IMG/VR virus record: IMGVR_UViG_3300024302_000005
Coordinates: 1-64,000 of that record
Length of the DNA: 64,000 bases
Strand: one strand, 5' to 3'
Source: a virus
This document shows positions 56,176 through 64,000 of this stretch, piece after piece; within the stretch, counting starts at the first letter, position 1, and the number at the start of each line of letters is the position of its first letter. The notes under the pieces were generated by a model that made no database searches, had not been told where the DNA came from, and worked only from the letters and a program-made list of their open reading frames with translations. The position numbers and the translations under genes are program-made.

Positions 56176-59100
56176 CTAAGCCATATCAGTATTAAACAAA
56201 GTGTCTCTTATTCCATCGATATTGTAGATTTCGAACTGTAATGGGACAGATTCAACCGATTGAGAAATAAGAGCTGGTGGCGACATAGGGTTATCTATTG
56301 CCGCAGTAACATAAGTACTAAGTAGATTAATCGGGGTAAATCCGTCATGATCTAACATTAAACCCCTACGTATTTTATCGAGATAATATTGGCGGGTATC
56401 CGTTATTTCCCTGAATTGTTCCTCAGCTGCTGAAAGATCTTCGTATTCTCCTTCTACGTAGATCTCTGCCACACGGCTGATATACGTTGTGGATGTCCCA
56501 AACATCTTAGCTACATCGAAGAAGTCGATGGAGTTAAAGCTCATGGTATCGAAATTGAAGGATCCCATTGTAACACTAGCTACAATACTCAGAGCTACAG
56601 CCAATTCAGGTTCATCTTTAGCAACCATGGTGATGGCTGCCTTAATGATCTGATTCTGAATAAATCCAATAGCAAAGCTAAGTAGAGTGGGTGCCCAGGC
56701 TATTGTACTAACCCCTGCGATACCCGCAGTCACGGTAGCTGTAGATACGATACCGGTTACAGGGGCAGATATTGATAAAACCCCTCCAGTAAGAAACTGA
56801 CCTGTACCTGTTATGGTCACGAGGCCTGACTCAGCTATGGTGACAGGGACTGCTGTCACAGCTCCACCACCAGAGGCGAGCCCAGTACCTACTGCAGAGC
56901 CACCAGCAGCCCCTCCAGCTGCTCCTCCACCTGCGGCAGCCGTACCCTGAAAAGCAGCAGATAGATAAGGAGCTACGTAAAACGCTACAACAATTAGGAT
57001 AATGATGAAAACAATCATCAATAAACTACCAAATCCACTAGTCTCAATAATCTCAAAATGAGCTATATAGATAGATGCATGTGTGCCGGCCAGGAATAAC
57101 TGGGTCATCTCCCGGTTAGATAGTTCATCTACGAAATTGTAAATAAACGGTACCATTAAGTCATCTGGCGCACCCAGGTTAAATTTGACCATCCGGAAGT
57201 TACCGGTGTCCCCGTCAACTACCTTCAGGGCCCCGATAGGACCAGCTACGGTGTAGGCGTCTAATCCAGATACATCACAGTAATAATAGGTGATACTTTG
57301 GCCTGAGGTGGTCTCTTCAGAGGCCCCTGGGACAATCTGTAATGTTCCACTTGCATTCTCGTATACCAGATCAGGGGTTAGGTATAACAGGGAGCTAACA
57401 GAGCCATCCGGATCATTTAATGTCAGGGTATAGCGCATGCGCGCTGTTACCTGCATCCAGTTGGTGGCTTCACCAGTTGTTGTACCGGGGTTCACTACAC
57501 CACTACCAGCTAAGAACAATGCCACCTCAGCAAGGGTGTCGGCTTTGTACCCTACGTTATAGGTGCCCTTACCTGAGGATACGTAGTAAGGGGATACCAG
57601 ATCTCCTCCGGAGAACCTGGACATATCTGAGTAATAGATACCGTTCTCAACACTGCCACTATCTGCATCAATCTCAGTTACCGTAAAATGCTCATAGGTA
57701 ACATAGTTGAACTGGAACAGGAATTTATAGTCATCTGTGGTCACTATTACGTTGTTGACTGGCTTATCATCAGATGCTGGTGCAGCGTCATAAAGACCCT
57801 TGGTAACGCCCTGTGCAGGGTACAGATTCAGGAATATCTTAAATAGATACCCCATACCTGCTTGGGACGTATCCCACATACGCACACCGAAATTGATGTA
57901 GATATGGTCTAAATCACCCGGATCTACATCAGGATCATCCAATATGGAGTCTAAAACGGCTTCTGCATCCAAACTAACTAATTTACAGAGATCCTCAATC
58001 TGCTGCTGTTTAGCAGCTGGGAAGGTCGTGTAGTTATCGTTGCTTATCCGTAATGGAATAGCAGGCATGCACTGCAATACAGTGGCGTCAATGTTAATAG
58101 GATTCTCTGGATCATCTAGATCCGGGTACGTTCCTGTGCCTACCTGATAAACAAATATGTACTGCCGGGCTGGCGCACTATTGGCATAATAATAAGAAAT
58201 GTAGTGCATGCCTGTAGGCCTACTAGGCACGGTGTAGGGCAGCACCACTTCCACCCCGGCATCATTATAGACTGTAATGGTGTAGGTATCTGGGCCTTCG
58301 TTGTAGACTGTAGCACCAAAATCTACATGGAAACGGGTATCCGCCAACATAGCATCAGAAGTAGCTACTTCATCGGTGATAGTTATCTGGTGATTCTTAA
58401 CGGTCACATCCGTGGTAGTTCCGGCAGAGGTGGATTCACTAATCGATCCCAGATCGGTTGTCAGCTCGTCAAACGAGGTTACCTCGTTGCTCACTTCAAT
58501 CAGCATATTATACAGGACAGTGCTGGAAGTAGATCCTGGAGATGTAGAGGTAGAGGGGAAAGCCCCACTGCCTATTACGTTTGCACCCACATCATAATCG
58601 GTATTATCTTGAAGCCACTTCCGGATCCAGGAATTGGTATCTAAGGCTCCTACATACGACTGCTCAGGGGTACAAGCTTCACCCTGTTCTATAGCAAGAG
58701 CAGCTGCCAGCTCCACATATTCCACATATGTGATAGCAGACTCAAGATCAGGAAAACCTTCAAAATAGTCTCCATCTTCAATAAAATTGGTAAATTTACG
58801 CAGATTTCCCTTAATACTACGGAAAGCACTAGCGTAAATTAGATCTGCAGCAATATCCGAATTAGTGAGAATAGCCGCAGCTACCACATTACCTAACTGG
58901 TTATGACTATCAGGCTCATCAAATAACTTGATGTTATGTACTTCATAATACTCAACAGTCTGCTCTGTATCGAAACCCAATAGAGACATAATCGCAGAAA
59001 GAACTATCTCAACAATCTGAATAATAATTTCGACGATTACAGTGATGATCTCAATTATGACTTCAAATACAGCCGAAATAATGTTGGCAATGAAGCTCAT
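56176..59100 (-). CDS. structural protein (N4 gp53-like position)
   Basis: 974 aa, PAIPLR and DLDHIYINFGV motifs, hydrophobic C-terminal region; synteny. Confidence 0.7.
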   Translation of the reverse strand: MSFIANIISAVFEVIIEIITVIVEIIIQIVEIVLSAIMSLLGFDTEQTVEYYEVHNIKLFDEPDSHNQLGNVVAAAILTNSDIAADLIYASAFRSIKGNLRKFTNFIEDGDYFEGFPDLESAITYVEYVELAAALAIEQGEACTPEQSYVGALDTNSWIRKWLQDNTDYDVGANVIGSGAFPSTSTSPGSTSSTVLYNMLIEVSNEVTSFDELTTDLGSISESTSAGTTTDVTVKNHQITITDEVATSDAMLADTRFHVDFGATVYNEGPDTYTITVYNDAGVEVVLPYTVPSRPTGMHYISYYYANSAPARQYIFVYQVGTGTYPDLDDPENPINIDATVLQCMPAIPLRISNDNYTTFPAAKQQQIEDLCKLVSLDAEAVLDSILDDPDVDPGDLDHIYINFGVRMWDTSQAGMGYLFKIFLNLYPAQGVTKGLYDAAPASDDKPVNNVIVTTDDYKFLFQFNYVTYEHFTVTEIDADSGSVENGIYYSDMSRFSGGDLVSPYYVSSGKGTYNVGYKADTLAEVALFLAGSGVVNPGTTTGEATNWMQVTARMRYTLTLNDPDGSVSSLLYLTPDLVYENASGTLQIVPGASEETTSGQSITYYYCDVSGLDAYTVAGPIGALKVVDGDTGNFRMVKFNLGAPDDLMVPFIYNFVDELSNREMTQLFLAGTHASIYIAHFEIIETSGFGSLLMIVFIIILIVVAFYVAPYLSAAFQGTAAAGGGAAGGAAGGSAVGTGLASGGGAVTAVPVTIAESGLVTITGTGQFLTGGVLSISAPVTGIVSTATVTAGIAGVSTIAWAPTLLSFAIGFIQNQIIKAAITMVAKDEPELAVALSIVASVTMGSFNFDTMSFNSIDFFDVAKMFGTSTTYISRVAEIYVEGEYEDLSAAEEQFREITDTRQYYLDKIRRGLMLDHDGFTPINLLSTYVTAAIDNPMSPPALISQSVESVPLQFEIYNIDGIRDTLFNTDMA

Positions 59101-59114
59101 TAGTTAACGCCCTG

Positions 59115-59657
59115 TTAGGTAGGCTCGGCGTTAGCAATCTGAGTATTAATATTGCCGGTACCAGTTTCGTTGATCGCTGTAACACCCGTAGATGCCACAC
59201 CCGCAGTAGAGACGTTAATGCTCCATGCGTCCAGGATAGTCTTAAGGTACTTCTGATCAGCATTCCACTGGAAACCCTTAGCTTGCTCAGTGTACAGGAC
59301 ACCTTGAGCTCCCATGATACTACCAACTGCAGGAGCAGTCTTGGAAGTTTGCTGGGTCTGGGCGTACTCAGTAATCTCTTTCTGAGCTAGTAGGGTGACT
59401 TCTGCATTGGTCCGTAGCACCTCTGCATTAGTCTTCTCTGTACCAAGAACAAATGCAGCAGCTTGCTGCATAGCTACCTGGATGGCTCCCAGATACACGG
59501 TGGCGTAATCTGTACCGGTAATACGGCCAAGATTGAATTGAGCATCCAGGTGAGCTGTAGCAGCTTCCATTAGATCATCAAATACACCATCGCCGGTAAC
59601 TACGTTAGCGGCACTGGTAGCAATATTGGTTGTTAGATTAGCTACGGTAATCGTCAT
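59115..59657 (-). CDS. structural protein (N4 gp54-like)
   Basis: GDGVFDDLM...HL..QF..GRITG.DYA.VYLG. Confidence 0.8.
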   Translation of the reverse strand: MTITVANLTTNIATSAANVVTGDGVFDDLMEAATAHLDAQFNLGRITGTDYATVYLGAIQVAMQQAAAFVLGTEKTNAEVLRTNAEVTLLAQKEITEYAQTQQTSKTAPAVGSIMGAQGVLYTEQAKGFQWNADQKYLKTILDAWSINVSTAGVASTGVTAINETGTGNINTQIANAEPT

Positions 59658-59659
59658 GA

Positions 59660-60262
59660 TTAAGCGTCTCCACGAGCTTTCTGGGCTGTGCCAATGGCGG
59701 CGATTTCTTCAGCGGATAAATCGTCCAGGCGTTGGACGTTAAACTTCTTAGTCAAATAAGCCTGAAGAGTCTTCTCACCATTAGGCAGAGTGATCGGCCG
59801 GAACTTCTGCATCTGGGCAGAGTCGATCTGATCGAGGATGATCTGTGGGATGTGCCAACCTTCGTCGTTATTGAAGGGCACGAATTTCTTAATCATACGG
59901 CCGTTGTTAACCGCGGAACTACCAACGGTAAAGATAAGGCCTGGATAGGTAGCCATCAATGGATCATTGGGGCTGACGATGACACGAACAAGGGCCATGG
60001 CACGTTGTTCTTTGGTCATCTTGCTGCCCTTAGGCAGCTTGGTCACTGACTTAGACAGTTCAGGGTCAACAGTTGGTTTAGCAGCTGTATGAGCCCGCTC
60101 ATTGGACTCTTCAGGCTTGGAAGCAGCTGCCTTGTAAGTACCAGCACGAACATCTTCCAGAGTAGAGCGCAGCTTGTCAGTCCCCGTTTTATGATGAAGG
60201 ACCACTTCGTTAGCTTTTAGCTCTTCCCGGATTTCCTCATCAGTCATTTCGGAGATTTCCAT
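59660..60262 (-). CDS. N4 gp55-like protein
   Basis: LVRVIV, GLIFTVG, KKFVPF...GWHIPQI; downstream of capsid gene. Confidence 0.8.
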   Translation of the reverse strand: MEISEMTDEEIREELKANEVVLHHKTGTDKLRSTLEDVRAGTYKAAASKPEESNERAHTAAKPTVDPELSKSVTKLPKGSKMTKEQRAMALVRVIVSPNDPLMATYPGLIFTVGSSAVNNGRMIKKFVPFNNDEGWHIPQIILDQIDSAQMQKFRPITLPNGEKTLQAYLTKKFNVQRLDDLSAEEIAAIGTAQKARGDA

Positions 60263-60287
60263 CGTGTCGTATTCCTTAGTTAATTAT

Positions 60288-60322
60288 TAAAAGTAGCCCC
60301 CAGGAGTTTCCTCCCAGGGGCC
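60288..60322 (-). terminator. intrinsic terminator after major capsid gene
   Basis: Minus strand GCCCCTGGGAG-GAAA-CTCCTGGGGGC followed by TACTTTT. Confidence 0.7.
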
Positions 60323-60329
60323 GGTTTTA

Positions 60330-61607
60330 TTAGACAGCTACGAGAGCAGTCCAGATAATACCAAGACGTTCAGGGCGCAGAGCCATAAAGCCGTAGTACC
60401 ATTTGATCGAATAGAACCCGATCTCGCCGTAAGGATCATCGCGGTTAGCGATCTCTTTACCAGGCTTCTTGTGGTTGACCACAAACTTGACGGACTTACC
60501 GTCAGTCTGGAAGCCAATGGTAGTAAAGGCACCATCACCAACGACCAGCATTGGGTAGATGTCCGCACCGTTTTGACCGTTACCGGCTGTATCAGCAGCA
60601 GAAGCACCACCACCTTCGTCGTACTGCATCTCAGGAACAACCACGATACGGAACTGGTCAATTGAACCAATTTCGCCATTCATGATGTTGCCGGCATCAG
60701 CATACTTCTCAACAGAGACGAATGCAGGTGCACTATGCAGGTCAACCATTGCCCGCAGAGCTGGGATCAGCTCTGAACCAACGTACATGACACGGCCACC
60801 ATTAATGGTCTTCGTATCAATCATACGGCTACCGGCGATGATCTTCGTCTGCTTTGGAGTCTTGTTGTTGTCCAGAGCAATCGAGAGGTTCATCAGATCG
60901 GTATATGTAACAACTTCGTCAACGGTCAGCTTAGTCGTGCCGCCCATGTAATAAGCTGTACCGTTAGCTGTGGCATTGGTGATCAGATCTGCCTGAAGCT
61001 CGGCTTCAGTCAGTTCGTTGGCACCAACCAGGGCTTCCGTGGTGATATGGGACAGCAGCTCGGCGTCCGAATCAAAGTCCATGGATTCCTGAGTGTATTC
61101 CGTGAAGAAACCACGCTTATACAAGTCACCTTCGACTTGCAGACGGGTGAAACCAACACGGTTAACACGCCCACCGTTCTCAGTCAGAGCCGGGATCTTG
61201 GAAGTAATAGTACCGGTATCTTTGGAAGAGCCATACAAGAACTGACCATTCTCAGCGACTTCACCACCAACACCAGCGGCTGTTACTGCAGCGCCTTCGT
61301 TAGCTTCTGTGGAGCTTTGCAGCACACCAGAAGAGTTCCAGGCTGACCAAGTACCAGCAGTCAGAGCTGTACCAGCGGCATCAATGCCCTGGTCATTTAC
61401 GTTGCGATCGTCGAGCAAGGGGACATATACGTCCTGCTTGATCTTTTTACCCATATGCTTAGGCATGGCGCGAACGTCAGCCAAAGGCATAAAGTATTGC
61501 TGATCACGAACAGCAATGATGGCTTTTTTGTAGTAATAATCAGTACGGGCCTGTGCACCAATCTTGGACGGGGTTCCACCCGCAGGGTCGTTATAGAGCT
61601 GTACCAT
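60330..61607 (-). CDS. major capsid protein (N4 gp56-like)
   Basis: [56 protein letters not shown]. Confidence 0.95.
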   Translation of the reverse strand: MVQLYNDPAGGTPSKIGAQARTDYYYKKAIIAVRDQQYFMPLADVRAMPKHMGKKIKQDVYVPLLDDRNVNDQGIDAAGTALTAGTWSAWNSSGVLQSSTEANEGAAVTAAGVGGEVAENGQFLYGSSKDTGTITSKIPALTENGGRVNRVGFTRLQVEGDLYKRGFFTEYTQESMDFDSDAELLSHITTEALVGANELTEAELQADLITNATANGTAYYMGGTTKLTVDEVVTYTDLMNLSIALDNNKTPKQTKIIAGSRMIDTKTINGGRVMYVGSELIPALRAMVDLHSAPAFVSVEKYADAGNIMNGEIGSIDQFRIVVVPEMQYDEGGGASAADTAGNGQNGADIYPMLVVGDGAFTTIGFQTDGKSVKFVVNHKKPGKEIANRDDPYGEIGFYSIKWYYGFMALRPERLGIIWTALVAV

Positions 61608-61637
61608 TGGTAAAGTTCCTCAATGAGAGTTTACCAG

Positions 61638-62813
61638 CTAGGTTGTCCCATACTTCTTCATGAATTCGTCATCAGAGAGTCCCAAGAAATCTTCGGAGTT
61701 CCCTTTGTCTTTTCCAGAAGGAGCATGTTTAGCTGGCGCTGCTGCATTACGCTTATTCTTACGCTCTGCATCAGCTTTGGATTTATCGTCATTCTCTTGA
61801 GATACGTTTGCAGCTTTAGGGCTATCTGTCACAGGTTCGAGAATACCATCTTTTTGAAGCTGATCAGCGATTTGCTTGTAGGCGTCAACATCGGAAATGC
61901 CATCTAGTCTACCTAGGGCCTTCTCCTGTTGCATCACTGAATTAACCTTATCGTACACACCATTTTCCATGTGCGCGTTGATAACGCTAATAATGGTCGG
62001 GTTATCAGAAACAGTAGCTTTGCTACCTTCATCCCATTCCTTAGTCAAAACGTCGATAGTTTTGCTAAAAGAAGGAGACTCTTTAATCCCGTCCAGCACT
62101 TGATCTAGATCGTATTCTTTATCTGAAACAGAGTAATCCGTAGGCTTGTAGTCATCCGTGGATGCATCCGTATCAACATCAAGAGGGTCTATCCCACTTT
62201 CTTTGATCAGCTTAGCTACTGCTACAGGATCCTTCTTCGACAGATCAATGAGGTTGTGCAACTTGGCCTCGTCGAGGAGACCGTTGTTTTCCAACATCTT
62301 GATTACCTTCAGATTAGGCTTCATTTGAGCCATCTTCTTCTGGTAGTTAGCGCCCATCTGCATCAGACGGACGATATCCTGAGGATCGGAAACCTGCATA
62401 TCAGAGCCATTGGCTTTGAAAGGTTTAGTGACCTCTTTATATGCACTTTCGTAATTAAACTCGGTGGTATCCTGGGTATCCCCATTCGTTTCCGTTGAGT
62501 CTTCATCACCAGTATCAGGAGATTCTGATTCATCACCCTCTGAGGAAGTTTCGAGCTCTTGTTGGGTATCCCCGTCAAGTTGGCCTACTTCTTCTTCGTC
62601 AGCTGTTTCTTCAGTGTGCTCTTGTGCTTCACTATTTTCTTCCTCTGTTTGACCAGAGGTCTCTTCTGCTGAGGTTTGACCCTCAGCAAGCTCTTCTGAC
62701 GCCTCACCTTCAGCTTCGACCACTGGGTCGTCGGCCATGAAGGCAGATTCGTCTTGATTCATAAAGTCCTCATCGGACATTGTGAGTGCGCTTGCTGTAT
62801 TTTCTCCAGCCAT
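61638..62813 (-). CDS. N4 gp57-like protein (acidic; scaffold/tape-measure-annotated family)
   Basis: MSDEDF N-terminus, PFKANG...LMQMGANY.KKM, LSDDEF C-terminus. Confidence 0.85.
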   Translation of the reverse strand: MAGENTASALTMSDEDFMNQDESAFMADDPVVEAEGEASEELAEGQTSAEETSGQTEEENSEAQEHTEETADEEEVGQLDGDTQQELETSSEGDESESPDTGDEDSTETNGDTQDTTEFNYESAYKEVTKPFKANGSDMQVSDPQDIVRLMQMGANYQKKMAQMKPNLKVIKMLENNGLLDEAKLHNLIDLSKKDPVAVAKLIKESGIDPLDVDTDASTDDYKPTDYSVSDKEYDLDQVLDGIKESPSFSKTIDVLTKEWDEGSKATVSDNPTIISVINAHMENGVYDKVNSVMQQEKALGRLDGISDVDAYKQIADQLQKDGILEPVTDSPKAANVSQENDDKSKADAERKNKRNAAAPAKHAPSGKDKGNSEDFLGLSDDEFMKKYGTT

Positions 62814-63166
62814 TATGCAGCTACCTCATCAACATCCGTAATATCTTCAGCCAGGATATCCTGGCGGGTTTGCTCATGTTCGCCAATGGCTTCATCCATT
62901 TCGGCACCACGACGCATAACCATATCAAAGTACTGAGCCAAGGCACCAACACCGGTAATCATGTTGTCGATCATTTTCTGGCTATCGTCACCCAGGTTAG
63001 GGTTACTCTTTGCCATGACCAGTCGAGCGGCTTCTTCCTGGAAGTAGCCTTTTTCAATGACATCCTTAAATGCCTTGGTGTTGGACAGCTTAACATAGCT
63101 ATCACGCAAAGAGCGCATGCTCTTGGCTACATCAATTTGAATTTCGACTTGTTCGAGATCGTTCAT
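62813..63166 (-). CDS. N4 gp58-like protein
   Basis: FK.VI..GYF.EEAARLV; between portal and gp57. Confidence 0.8.
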   Translation of the reverse strand: MNDLEQVEIQIDVAKSMRSLRDSYVKLSNTKAFKDVIEKGYFQEEAARLVMAKSNPNLGDDSQKMIDNMITGVGALAQYFDMVMRRGAEMDEAIGEHEQTRQDILAEDITDVDEVAA

Positions 63167-63199
63167 AAAACACCTGTTTTTGAGCTAAATGGGCCAGAA

Positions 63200-64000
63200 T
63201 CAGTTAGATTGTGATCCATTAATAGCGTCAAAGGCCTTATTGTCAAGATTACTTAATCGATCATGCTCTTTACCTTCCATGGTTTGAGCATGCTTAATTT
63301 CATTAGCTTCCGTCTCTCGAGCGTTAGCTACACCAGATTCACGTTCTACAAAGTCCAGATCCTTGCCATCTGAATCACTATCCATGTTGCGGGCCTTGGC
63401 CTGCTCAGTGGCTGTCTTAGCGGTCTTCAGCTGGACATCTACTGCATTCTCTTGGCCTTTAGCAGTCTCGTTGGCTACTTGTGCCTCGAGCAGTGCAATC
63501 TCCAACATAGCCTTTTTCTGAGCTAATGGATCCGGCTCTGGCTTAAATTCAATGATCTTTTTACCTAGGGCAGGCATTTTACGTAATTTAGCAATATCAG
63601 CTAAAACGATCTGACTCATCTCCATTGGCATCGTATTGCCCATGGTTTGGAGCATAAATGCCAATTCACTGGCCTTTTGCTCATCAGCCTCTGCAGTAGA
63701 GATATCCAGCTTAATGTCGTATTTACCACCAAGATCATTACGATCGATGCTAACCAACTCTTCGTTGGTTATCCGGATGACTTCTTGGTCATCCAGGAAT
63801 TCAGCATTCATCGAGATAATCTTACGGCCGATCTTATTCATGCCGTTGGAGAGCCTGCGCAGGATACCAAGCTCACGCTTGGATGTAGCATCAAGGGCTG
63901 ACCTAATACCAGTGGCCGTAGTTCCCAGTGCCTGGCCTGAAATGCCCTGTGTGAACGCCTTAACCCCTGTCAGGGCCTCAGCGTCGTTATTCTGCATATT
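63200..64000 (-). CDS. portal protein (N4 gp59-like), C-terminal part, truncated by window edge
   Basis: EALTGVKAF.QG, ALDATSKRELGILRRL, ELAFMLQTMG, PEPDP. Confidence 0.9.
   Translation of the reverse strand, partial: NMQNNDAEALTGVKAFTQGISGQALGTTATGIRSALDATSKRELGILRRLSNGMNKIGRKIISMNAEFLDDQEVIRITNEELVSIDRNDLGGKYDIKLDISTAEADEQKASELAFMLQTMGNTMPMEMSQIVLADIAKLRKMPALGKKIIEFKPEPDPLAQKKAMLEIALLEAQVANETAKGQENAVDVQLKTAKTATEQAKARNMDSDSDGKDLDFVERESGVANARETEANEIKHAQTMEGKEHDRLSNLDNKAFDAINGSQSN

Noticed and set aside
41460-63901. Many plus-strand ORFs of 60-337 aa (e.g. 50350..51363, 51691..52434)
   Set aside because: Antisense shadows of vRNAP and structural genes; no RBS or recognisable motifs
1-64000. 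Integrated prophage or alternative genetic code
   Set aside because: No host genes, integrase or att site seen; long genes read through in the standard code with all three stops used

Overview
The whole window is a divergent N4-like phage (Schitoviridae-type podovirus), opened at a permuted position. Bases 1-11.7 kb (minus strand) are the late right arm: lysis cassette, tail fibres, adaptor, terminase and two RepL-like winged-helix genes. Bases 11.7-12.4 kb are non-coding and probably contain the physical genome end or terminal repeat. Bases 12.4-41.2 kb (plus strand) hold early and middle genes: three hairpin promoters, a nucleotide/counter-defence cluster, RNAP II, AAA/vWA pair, ligase, DNA polymerase, helicase, primase, tRNAs, SSB and resolvase. 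Bases 41.2-64 kb (minus strand) hold the virion RNA polymerase, ejection proteins, major capsid protein and a truncated portal. The most striking feature is the 4248-aa, apparently cysteine-free virion RNAP. It carries a complete SF1B (Dda/RecD-like) helicase and an extra HExxH domain upstream of its polymerase core, and is paired with co-varying hairpin promoters that have a 4-nt loop. Also notable are a single-chain RNAP II (N4 gp15+gp16 fused), a DNA polymerase split into two genes by a GIY-YIG nuclease with no room for an intron, a tRNA-like gene with a 12-nt anticodon loop, and several unannotated structured RNA elements. All calls come from reading motifs and synteny by eye; no database searches or folding programs were run.
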